Below, in pieces: positions 33,859 through 41,827 of a stretch of DNA of 64,000 nt; the first letter of the stretch is position 1; each line of letters starts with the position of its first letter. The stretch spans positions 1,435-65,434 of the forward strand of contig CAYXKM010000285.1 in the NCBI GenBank assembly GCA_964465665.1, written 5' to 3'. Below the pieces are notes generated by a model. That model searched no databases. It had not been told where the DNA came from and worked only from the letters and a program-made list of their open reading frames with translations. Source of the stretch: an uncultured Woeseiaceae bacterium (GTDB lineage Bacteria; Pseudomonadota; Gammaproteobacteria; Steroidobacterales; Woeseiaceae). Both the position numbers and the translations under genes were made by a program.

Positions 33859-35055
33859 TCAGGCCACAACGCGAAGTATCAGGCCTTTCAGGTATTCGGC
33901 TTCCGGGAAGTGAAGGGCGACCGGATGATCCGAAGGTTGTGACAGTCGCTCGATGATCTGCAGGTCGCGGTTGACGTCTACTGCGGCACCGGCAACGATT
34001 TTCTGGAACAGATCGCTGCTGACGTGCCCCGAGCAGGAAAAGCTGGCCAGCACGCCGTCCGGCTTCAGGATTTGCAGGCCGAGCATATTGATGTCCTTAT
34101 AGCCCCGGCATCCGGACTTCAACTGCTGTGCCGAGCTGACAAACTTCGGCGGATCCAGCACGACCAGGTCGAATCGCGTTCCGGAATCGCGCAGCCTGCG
34201 CAGCTCCTCGGGCACATTGGCGTTGGAAAAACGGCATCGGTCCGCGACGCCGTTCAATTGCGCCTGCTTTTCTGCCAATGCCAATGCATCGGCCGAGCTG
34301 TCGATCAGCGTTGCATGGCTCGCGCCATTCTGTAACGCGGCGATCGAAAAACCACCGGAATAGGAATACGCATCGAGGACAGCGGCGCCTTTCGCGTAGG
34401 CGGCCACGTGCAGGCGGTTGATGGCCTGATCGAGGTAGCTACCGGTCTTTTGTCCTGCTCCGATGTCGATGAGCTGCCGTATACCGCCGATCACGAATTC
34501 AACAGCACCCGAAGCTGCGGCGCCGCGTAACAGGCCGCGGCGCAATTCCAGTCCTTCCTTGCGCCTGACATCCGCTTCGGATCGCTCGACTACGCTGCGC
34601 GGTGAGAGCAATGTTTCCAGCGCCGCAATGATGGCGTCGCGCCAGTACTCGGCACCGGTTGACAGGAACTGGCAGACGAGATGCTCGTCGTAGCGATCGA
34701 CGACGACGCCGGGAAGCCCGTCCGATTCGCCGAAGATCAAACGACAGGCGCCGCCTTGCCCGAGTACACCGAGCCGGCGGCGCAGATCGACCGCACGGGC
34801 AACGCGGTTGTGCATGAAGGCGGCGTCAATGGCGGCTTCCTCGTCGAAAGACCATATCCGCAGGCGAATCTGCGACGAGGGCGAGTACGCAGCCAGTGCG
34901 AGGAACTCCCGCGCCGGGCTGAGCACGCGAACCGTTGATCCCGGCTCCGGACGGCCGTCCACGCGCGCCACGGCGCCGGAAAAGATCCACGGATGCCGCC
35001 GCCGGACCGATTTCTCGCGGCCGGGTTGCAAAATGACTTCAGGGTACTCAGGCAT
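33859..35055 (-). CDS. rlmI: 23S rRNA (cytosine1962-C5)-methyltransferase
   Basis: ORF 33859..35055. N-terminal RRHPWIFSGAV (PUA-like) plus a SAM-methyltransferase core (VLDAYSYSGGFS, DPPKF). Confidence 0.88.
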   Translation of the reverse strand: MPEYPEVILQPGREKSVRRRHPWIFSGAVARVDGRPEPGSTVRVLSPAREFLALAAYSPSSQIRLRIWSFDEEAAIDAAFMHNRVARAVDLRRRLGVLGQGGACRLIFGESDGLPGVVVDRYDEHLVCQFLSTGAEYWRDAIIAALETLLSPRSVVERSEADVRRKEGLELRRGLLRGAAASGAVEFVIGGIRQLIDIGAGQKTGSYLDQAINRLHVAAYAKGAAVLDAYSYSGGFSIAALQNGASHATLIDSSADALALAEKQAQLNGVADRCRFSNANVPEELRRLRDSGTRFDLVVLDPPKFVSSAQQLKSGCRGYKDINMLGLQILKPDGVLASFSCSGHVSSDLFQKIVAGAAVDVNRDLQIIERLSQPSDHPVALHFPEAEYLKGLILRVVA

Positions 35056-35240
35056 CGTCGCGCGCTCTCAGGCTCCCGTGAGCAAGCGCCATTCTACCCA
35101 AATGCAGGCGGCACAAGGCCTTACGGCGTTGGCTTGCAGGGCCGGTCCACGATCCGGCGAATTTTTTGCTAACCTCGGTATCAAACAAGACAGATAAAGT
35201 ACGGCTGCGGCCCGAGGCTGCAACCAGCGAGGAGAGGACT

Positions 35241-35693
35241 ATGGATACGGCATGGATTCAGGTATTTGTGTTGACCCTGAGCGAGTGCGTGGCGCCGGCC
35301 GGCAAGACGGTGTGCCAGGAGCAGGAGTTGCAGATGCAGTTTGTCGACCAGGCGGAGTGTGAGCTGGCATTGCAACAGCTCGTGACATTGAAAGAGGGTG
35401 CGGACAACGTCATCGTATACAAAGACAAAAGTCGTTGCGCACCTTCAGCGCGACAACAGCCGGTGTATGCGTCGTTGCAGGCTGTGAACAAGGACCTGGC
35501 AGGATCGCCGGAATGGGTGGCCCCGGAGGTTGCCGAGGCTCCGGCGGATTTCACCCAGAGTTCCCATCAGGAACGGCTGGCCAAACTTTCAAAATGCGAC
35601 GACGTGGGCGGTGTCGCGCCATGCAAGATCGGCGAGATCATCATAGAGGGCGCAACCCAGCAAACCGTGGAAGTCTGGCGCCGCGAAAAGTAG
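35241..35693 (+). CDS. Hypothetical Cys-containing small protein (150 aa)
   Basis: ORF 35166..35693 trimmed to the ATG at 35241 (GAGGAGAGG RBS). Six Cys. No family recognised. Confidence 0.55.
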   Translation: MDTAWIQVFVLTLSECVAPAGKTVCQEQELQMQFVDQAECELALQQLVTLKEGADNVIVYKDKSRCAPSARQQPVYASLQAVNKDLAGSPEWVAPEVAEAPADFTQSSHQERLAKLSKCDDVGGVAPCKIGEIIIEGATQQTVEVWRREK

Positions 35694-35892
35694 AACAGCG
35701 CCAGGGTTTGTGGCAGGCCGATCCGGCCGGCAAACCGATTAAATTTTTCTCTGTCGTCCAAGAATGGCGGTCCGCTCTCCGGCAGACACAGGCTGCGGGT
35801 CCCGGTGATCGACCGGAATGGTCACATCGCCTCGTCTAAGCTTCCGGATACGCGGAGTCCGATCTGTCTTGATAATTTACGCTCAAGATAAA

Positions 35893-36489
35893 ATGCTCGT
35901 AAAACAAATGCTTGCCGGAGACGAGCAGGCATTCCGGCGCTTCTTTGACGACCATTTCCGGCGCCTGTACCGATTTGCCCTGGCGAGACTCGGCAATGAT
36001 ACGGATGCGGCCGAGGAGGTGGCGCAGATGGCGATGTGCAAGGCGACGCAGAATCTTGATTCCTATCGGGGCGAGGCTGCGCTTTTTACCTGGCTTTGCA
36101 CTATCTGCCGCAATACCTGTACGGACTGGTTGCGACAGCAGGGACGGTACCGCGAGCAGATCGTACTCACGGAAGACTTTCCCCAGGTCCAGGCGGTGGT
36201 CGAGTCGCTGGAGGAAGACGAAAGTCTGCGGCCTGACAAACGCCAGGAGCGCCTGGAGCTTGTGCGGTTGATCCAGGTTGCACTGGACAAGTTACCGCCG
36301 AACTACGGAAACATACTGGAATGGAAATACATTGACGGTTATTCGATAAAGGAGATCGCCGCACGGATGGAACTCGGCATGGAGGCCACCCAGTCATTGC
36401 TGGCTCGCGCGAAACGTGCGTTTTGCGATGTGTACGCTGCGATGGCGGAATCTGTGCAGGCCGATAACCCGAACCGGGGATTGACATGA
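35893..36489 (+). CDS. ECF-type sigma factor
   Basis: ORF 35818..36489 trimmed to the ATG at 35893. Region 2 (FRRLYRFALARL..., EVAQMAM) and region 4 (YSIKEIAARMELGMEATQSLLARAKRAF). Confidence 0.88.
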   Translation: MLVKQMLAGDEQAFRRFFDDHFRRLYRFALARLGNDTDAAEEVAQMAMCKATQNLDSYRGEAALFTWLCTICRNTCTDWLRQQGRYREQIVLTEDFPQVQAVVESLEEDESLRPDKRQERLELVRLIQVALDKLPPNYGNILEWKYIDGYSIKEIAARMELGMEATQSLLARAKRAFCDVYAAMAESVQADNPNRGLT

Positions 36490-37547
36490 AAAAGCTACCT
36501 GAACCCGAATCCGGAATTCAAAGCGACGAGGCACTGGAAGCCCTGTTTGCCCACGCAGCCGCGCGACCGCTGCCGCGCGCGGATCGTGAGGTCGCGATTC
36601 GCGAGCAGGTGAAAATTGCCTGGAAACAGGGTATCCGCCTCCGGCAACAGCGACGATATACGAAGATGGCCATGGCAGCCTCGTTCGTTGCTGCCGCCAT
36701 CGTCGGAATGCTGTGGTATCAATCGTTGCCGTTGACGAACGGCAGCACCGCGCTTGCGACAGTCCAGAAAAGATTCGGTGAGGTGCAAATCGCCGATGAG
36801 TCCGGTATACCGTATTACCCGTCATCGGGCACGTTCGAGCTCGTGCCGGGACAGTCGATAAGAACCGGGGACGAAGCCGGGATGGCGATGACATGGAAAA
36901 ACGGCGGATCGCTGCGTCTCGGTGAGCACACTGCGGTTTCGCTGACCGCTGCAAATGAAATTTACCTGCAGCATGGCCGGCTGTACTTTGATTCCGATCC
37001 GGCTACGAACAGCGCCACTGCGGTGCGGGCCGGCAGTCGGGAGTTGCTTGCCATAAGAACCGACCAGGGACGGGTTACACCGCTCGGTACGCGCTACGTC
37101 ACGCAGCAATTAAATGACCGGCTGGAGGTCATGGTCAGGCAGGGCAAGATAGCCGTCGAGAGTGCGGGCTATTCTGCAATTGCCATGGAGGGCGAAAGAC
37201 TGCTCATGTCGCGCGATGATGCGCCGGTCGTGGTTCCGGTGGATTCCTACGGTGAAGAGTGGGACTGGATCGAGAGAACGACACCGGCGTGGAATGCGGA
37301 GGGCAGGACAATTTTCGAATTCCTGAGCTGGGTCAGCCGCGAGTCGGGCAGGCCGATCCGATTTGACACACCTGCCGCGGAACGGCTGGCCAGGACGGAG
37401 TCACTGGTGGGTTACGGGCTGGTGGACATGGAGCCGACCGTTGCGCTGCGGCTTGTACTGATGACGACCGATCTCGATTGGACTATAAAGGATGGCACTG
37501 TCGTTGTGACAGAAAGGCAGCCGGACGTATCTGCCAATTTCAACTGA
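36486..37547 (+). CDS. FecR-family transmembrane anti-sigma/sensor
   Basis: ORF 36486..37547, with a 4-nt overlap with the sigma gene. One TM segment (MAMAASFVAAAIVGMLW) and a periplasmic FecR-like domain. Confidence 0.85.
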   Translation: MKKLPEPESGIQSDEALEALFAHAAARPLPRADREVAIREQVKIAWKQGIRLRQQRRYTKMAMAASFVAAAIVGMLWYQSLPLTNGSTALATVQKRFGEVQIADESGIPYYPSSGTFELVPGQSIRTGDEAGMAMTWKNGGSLRLGEHTAVSLTAANEIYLQHGRLYFDSDPATNSATAVRAGSRELLAIRTDQGRVTPLGTRYVTQQLNDRLEVMVRQGKIAVESAGYSAIAMEGERLLMSRDDAPVVVPVDSYGEEWDWIERTTPAWNAEGRTIFEFLSWVSRESGRPIRFDTPAAERLARTESLVGYGLVDMEPTVALRLVLMTTDLDWTIKDGTVVVTERQPDVSANFN

Positions 37548-37614
37548 CGTCGTCGTCTGAATCTTGCAGGAAAAGCTGCGCAATACGTGGGCAATCGGCA
37601 GGCGTGTCCGCGTG

Positions 37615-40185
37615 ATGTTTTGCGCGGCTCTCTCGTGCCGCCGGCTGCTGTGGTCGACGATCCTGCTCCTGCCCCAGTGTTTCCTGCAGACATCGAGCGC
37701 TGCGGAGCCCGGCCAGGTCCGCTATCTCGGGAGACCGATTGCGGCGGTCATCGATGAGTTCCGGGCGGCCGGTTACCCGTTCGCCTACAGCACAGGTCTG
37801 GTGCCGCCGGAGCTCGCCGTCAGTGTGGAGCCCTTGTCCACCGAGCCGACGGAAATCGTTCGGGAAATTCTTGCGCCGCATAATCTCGAGGTCCTCGAGG
37901 AAAGGGGATTCCTGCTGGTAGTGAGGGCCGAATCGGCAACCCCGTCCGGCGGCGGCATTTTGCTCATCGTGCGCGATCAGCAGAACTGGCAAACGGTTGA
38001 CAACGTGCGTGTATCGTCGTTGCCGCAATTGCCGGGCGCTGCCTCGCTCGGCTCCGGCGTGTATCAATACTCGGCTCTCGAACCGCGCGAATACCGGATC
38101 CAGGTTGAGGCGGACGGTTACGAGCCCGGGATACGCACGGTCAAAGTCCGGGCAGGCAAACCCACGCTTGTTGAAGTAAAACTGTTTGCGGAGCGCGATG
38201 AAATCGAAATGATCACGGTGCTGTCGAGCCGCTACGACATCTGGAGCGATCTCGGCAGCGCACCGTTTTTCCTCTCCGGTTTGTCCATCGAGAACCTGCC
38301 GGACATCGGTGACGATCCGCTGAGGGCGGCTCAGACCGTGCCGGGCACAGCGTCCACCGGCGTATCCGCGCGCACCTACGTACGAGGCGGCGAATACCGG
38401 GAGACGGGCGTGTTCCTGAACGGCAACGAACTCCTGGATCCATATCACGCACGGGATTTCCAGAGCATTTTCAGCACCGTCGATTCACGAATCATTGACG
38501 GCGTTGAGGTTTATACCGGTGGCGTGCCCCTCAGGTTTGGTGACCAGATGAGTGGCGCGGTACTGATGACAACTATCGACCCTGCCATTGTGCAGAGGAA
38601 CGAAATCGGCGTCAGTGTTTACAACACCAGCATTCTGTTCTCGGGTTTGCTGGACAGCGGCCGCGGAGGCTGGCTCGTCTCAGCCCGGCGAGGCAATCTG
38701 GACCTGGTGATAAAACCCGAGTTCGGCTCACCGAAGTATCACGACATCTTTGCTTCGTTCCGCTACGAACTGTCGCCCGACGCGACGCTTACTGCCAATG
38801 CGCTGTATGCCAAGGACAAGATCAGCCTGACTCTTGCAGACGATCCCGATGACCTCGAGGCCGCCGGCAGCAACGCCGAAAGCGTGCAGTTGTGGATGGA
38901 ATTGCAGAATCAGTGGACCGATGACCTGCAAAGTTCGAGCCTGGTCTCGCTGAATGCATACAAGAGCAGGCGCCACGGAGATATCAACGACATCGAAAGG
39001 TATGTCTCGGAGGTCAGTGACGGGAGAGATTTCCAGGAGTTCAAAGTCCAGCAGGATTGGGAGTGGGGCTACGCCGACAAACATATTCTGCATTGGGGCT
39101 TCGACCTCGCTTACGGCAGCGCCGACTACAGGTACTTGAGCGATACCACTTATCTTGGCCTGTCGACCTTGTATCCGGGAACGCCGGCAAATGAGGTTCG
39201 GGATCTCGACAGGACGCCGGAAGGAGGGTCTTACGCCATTTACGTTGCGGATAAATGGCAATTTGCACAAAGAACGTTCATCGAATATGGCCTGCGTCTG
39301 GATCAACAGAACTACGACGAGCGGACTTTCGCTGCAGATGCCAGCCCGCGCGTGAATCTCTTTCATGCGACCGCGGGCGGAACGGAATTCCGGGCAAGCT
39401 GGGGGCGTTTTTTGCAGCCCCAGGATCTGCGCGAGCTGCAGATCGAAGACGGCGTCACCGATTTCCGACGTGCTCAACGCGCAGACCAGGTAGTCGTCGG
39501 TGTCACGCAACCGCTTGGTTCAAATTACTCGCTGCGCCTCGAGCTGTATCAGAAGGAATACGATCGGCTGCGGCCGAGGTACGAAAATCTCTATGACCCG
39601 CTTGCTCTGATTCCCGAGGTCTTGCCCGATCGCCTGCAGATTGCGCCGATATCTGCCCGCGCACGGGGAGCCGAGATCATGCTCGATCGTGGATCCGGCG
39701 GTCCTTTGTCATGGTGGATTGCGTACACCTGGTCCGAAGCTGAAGACCGCGAAAATGACATCGACATGCCTCGTGGCTGGGATCAGAAGCACGCGCTTCG
39801 CGCCGGCCTGAACTGGTCGACCGACCGATGGGATCTTGGCATTGCGACCAACATCCATGATGGCTGGCCAACCACGTCACTGTCCCTCGTCGAAACGGTC
39901 GACGAAAACGGTCTGCCAATTTACATCGCTGAACCCGGGCCGAGAAATGCCGAGCGTTATGCGACTTATGCAACTCTGGACGCCCGCGTGAATCGTAAAT
40001 TCCGTTTTGGCGACCAGCGCGTACTGAACATATTTGTCGAGATTTCCAATGCCCTGAACCGCGAGAACCCCTGTTGTACAGAGTTCGAGCTGCTCTACAA
40101 CGACAGCGGTGTCCCGTACGTCGACGGTCAGGAAGACTTCTGGCTGCCGGTGCTGCCGGCAATTGGATTCATTTTCGAGTTCTGA
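37615..40185 (+). CDS. TonB-dependent receptor/transducer with N-terminal STN and carboxypeptidase-regulatory-like domains
   Basis: ORF 37564..40185 trimmed to the ATG at 37615. Contains signal peptide, STN-like segment, plug, barrel and C-terminal FIFEF. Confidence 0.85.
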   Translation: MFCAALSCRRLLWSTILLLPQCFLQTSSAAEPGQVRYLGRPIAAVIDEFRAAGYPFAYSTGLVPPELAVSVEPLSTEPTEIVREILAPHNLEVLEERGFLLVVRAESATPSGGGILLIVRDQQNWQTVDNVRVSSLPQLPGAASLGSGVYQYSALEPREYRIQVEADGYEPGIRTVKVRAGKPTLVEVKLFAERDEIEMITVLSSRYDIWSDLGSAPFFLSGLSIENLPDIGDDPLRAAQTVPGTASTGVSARTYVRGGEYRETGVFLNGNELLDPYHARDFQSIFSTVDSRIIDGVEVYTGGVPLRFGDQMSGAVLMTTIDPAIVQRNEIGVSVYNTSILFSGLLDSGRGGWLVSARRGNLDLVIKPEFGSPKYHDIFASFRYELSPDATLTANALYAKDKISLTLADDPDDLEAAGSNAESVQLWMELQNQWTDDLQSSSLVSLNAYKSRRHGDINDIERYVSEVSDGRDFQEFKVQQDWEWGYADKHILHWGFDLAYGSADYRYLSDTTYLGLSTLYPGTPANEVRDLDRTPEGGSYAIYVADKWQFAQRTFIEYGLRLDQQNYDERTFAADASPRVNLFHATAGGTEFRASWGRFLQPQDLRELQIEDGVTDFRRAQRADQVVVGVTQPLGSNYSLRLELYQKEYDRLRPRYENLYDPLALIPEVLPDRLQIAPISARARGAEIMLDRGSGGPLSWWIAYTWSEAEDRENDIDMPRGWDQKHALRAGLNWSTDRWDLGIATNIHDGWPTTSLSLVETVDENGLPIYIAEPGPRNAERYATYATLDARVNRKFRFGDQRVLNIFVEISNALNRENPCCTEFELLYNDSGVPYVDGQEDFWLPVLPAIGFIFEF

Positions 40186-40210
40186 TCCAGGCGAATGTCA
40201 CTCGCAATCG

Positions 40211-40819
40211 TCACTCGCTGACGTGCACTTCCTTTTTGATGACCTTTATCGCATGGGCCGCGGTGCCGTGCATCGACGCCGTCGTGCTGTGGTCGATGAA
40301 CGTCACATCCTGAGTGTGGCCGGCGGACTGCAACACCGAGCGGATGGTTGCTTGCGTGTTTGCAGCCAGGGGTTCCGGGGTGATCACGGTAATGTTCGCA
40401 GGCATGGCTGCTGTAAATGCCGTCCCGCTGTTCATTACTTCGACGTCAAACTCACGCTCTGACAAGTCAGCGATCGCAACGTGTGCGCCGACCTGATCGA
40501 ATGCCGGCATCGACACGGTACGCCCGTCGACTTCGAAATCATATCCTTCCGCGGTTCGCGTAATAAGTATGTTTCGCCCGGAGCGGTCCACCACCGAGCG
40601 GCTTTCGCCAAATTGCAGGTCCTGAAGGTCGAACCCGAGCTCCTCGCCGGACAGTTCGATGCGAATCCGCTCGCCGCCCGCGCCATCGTGGTCGGCAATG
40701 ACAACCCGCGACCCCCACGTTGCATTCGAATCGCCTGCCAGCGAGGGATCTGCCGCCAGAAGGCCTGCGCAAAGATTGCCTGCGGCCAGGATCAGAAACA
40801 GTATCCGGTTCATGGTCAT
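40211..40819 (-). CDS. Hypothetical secreted protein
   Basis: ORF 40211..40906 trimmed to the ATG at 40819 (or 40813). Signal peptide NRILFLILAAGNLCAGLLAA. Confidence 0.55.
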   Translation of the reverse strand: MTMNRILFLILAAGNLCAGLLAADPSLAGDSNATWGSRVVIADHDGAGGERIRIELSGEELGFDLQDLQFGESRSVVDRSGRNILITRTAEGYDFEVDGRTVSMPAFDQVGAHVAIADLSEREFDVEVMNSGTAFTAAMPANITVITPEPLAANTQATIRSVLQSAGHTQDVTFIDHSTTASMHGTAAHAIKVIKKEVHVSE

Positions 40820-40904
40820 TCCCCAATGAGTTGAGTTCTTACTCAGGGATGCAACGATACCCCAAAAGCGTCGCAGGCTTCGGTACGGGGAAAACCCGGA
40901 GGCC

Positions 40905-40937
40905 AAAAAAAAGGCCGTAACGGTGACGTTACGGCCT
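40905..40937 (-). terminator. Rho-independent terminator downstream of 40961..41500
   Basis: Reverse strand reads AAGGCCGTAAC-GTCACC-GTTACGGCCTTTTTTTT. Confidence 0.8.
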
Positions 40938-40960
40938 TGTGTGCGTACTTGTCTCGCGGA

Positions 40961-41500
40961 TTAGCGGAAAGCGTACTCGAAACCGACCGAGAACATCCAG
41001 GCACTGTCGACGTTCTCGATGTCAAACCATTCGTACTCGGCCCGAAGACCGAATCCACCGCTGCTGTTGAACCGCCCGCCGAATCCGAGGGCCAAATCCT
41101 CGCCGCTGTCGGAGCCCTGGCCAAAGCCGCTGATCGAAGCCGACAAATCCCAGCTTATGATTCCGGCTTTGCCAAAAAGGTCGAATGTCTCGCTTATCGG
41201 CATCGCACCGATTGCAAACACATCGAATCCGTCGACTTCAAGTTCGATCTCGGTGCCAAGAACGTCCTCACTGGCCGATCCGAAGGCCACCCAGCCGCCT
41301 TCGATGCCCCAGTTGTCGTTGAACATATAGGTGCCGAATACCTTGTAACCAACCTCGTTGAAATCGACGCTGACTCCGCCTTCCTCGATAGACAGATTAG
41401 AGTAGCCCACTGATGCACCGGCCGAGAATCCCTTGTCGGCGAAGGCGGGGGTTGTGCCCAATGCCAGGAGCAGTAAGCATCCTGCGATTGATATCCTCAT
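40961..41500 (-). CDS. Small outer-membrane beta-barrel protein (paralog of 31385..31987)
   Basis: ORF 40961..41500. Signal peptide ends AFA-DK. C-terminal FEYAFR. Confidence 0.8.
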   Translation of the reverse strand: MRISIAGCLLLLALGTTPAFADKGFSAGASVGYSNLSIEEGGVSVDFNEVGYKVFGTYMFNDNWGIEGGWVAFGSASEDVLGTEIELEVDGFDVFAIGAMPISETFDLFGKAGIISWDLSASISGFGQGSDSGEDLALGFGGRFNSSGGFGLRAEYEWFDIENVDSAWMFSVGFEYAFR

Positions 41501-41740
41501 GACGAATCTCCTGCTGCGCCCTGGCCCCGCCAGCGGGACAAGGCTGAAAAAGAAACAGTTTGTAAGTGCCCAATACGAAGCCGGACGGGCCGTGTGAACA
41601 CGGAGGGCCGGGGCTAAACCCGGTCCCGGAAAACCACGGGTGACGTCCGCTCGCGGATTCTGCGCCCGGCCGAAGGCGTGAACAAGCGACTGGTCACACT
41701 ATTGGAGATAAAAAACAGTCTTTTAGGAAGAGAACTTGCG

Positions 41741-41787
41741 AAATGACAATAAATCGCCATCTGCCTCGTGGAACGATGCAGATGGCG
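41741..41787 (-). terminator. Rho-independent terminator downstream of the TonB receptor 41828..44638
   Basis: 10-bp stem CGCCATCTGC/GCAGATGGCG (41755-41764 / 41778-41787) with a 13-nt loop. Followed on the reverse strand by ATTTATTGTCATTT. Confidence 0.6.
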
Positions 41788-41827
41788 AAGAGCGGCGGGT
41801 AAGTTGCGATCGGTGGCTGGCGATGCC

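Noticed and set aside
35815-35839. ECF-promoter-like GGAAT ... CGTCTAA upstream of the second ECF sigma gene
   Set aside because: The spacer between the two elements is only 13 nt, against the 16-17 nt expected for ECF promoters, so I do not call it.
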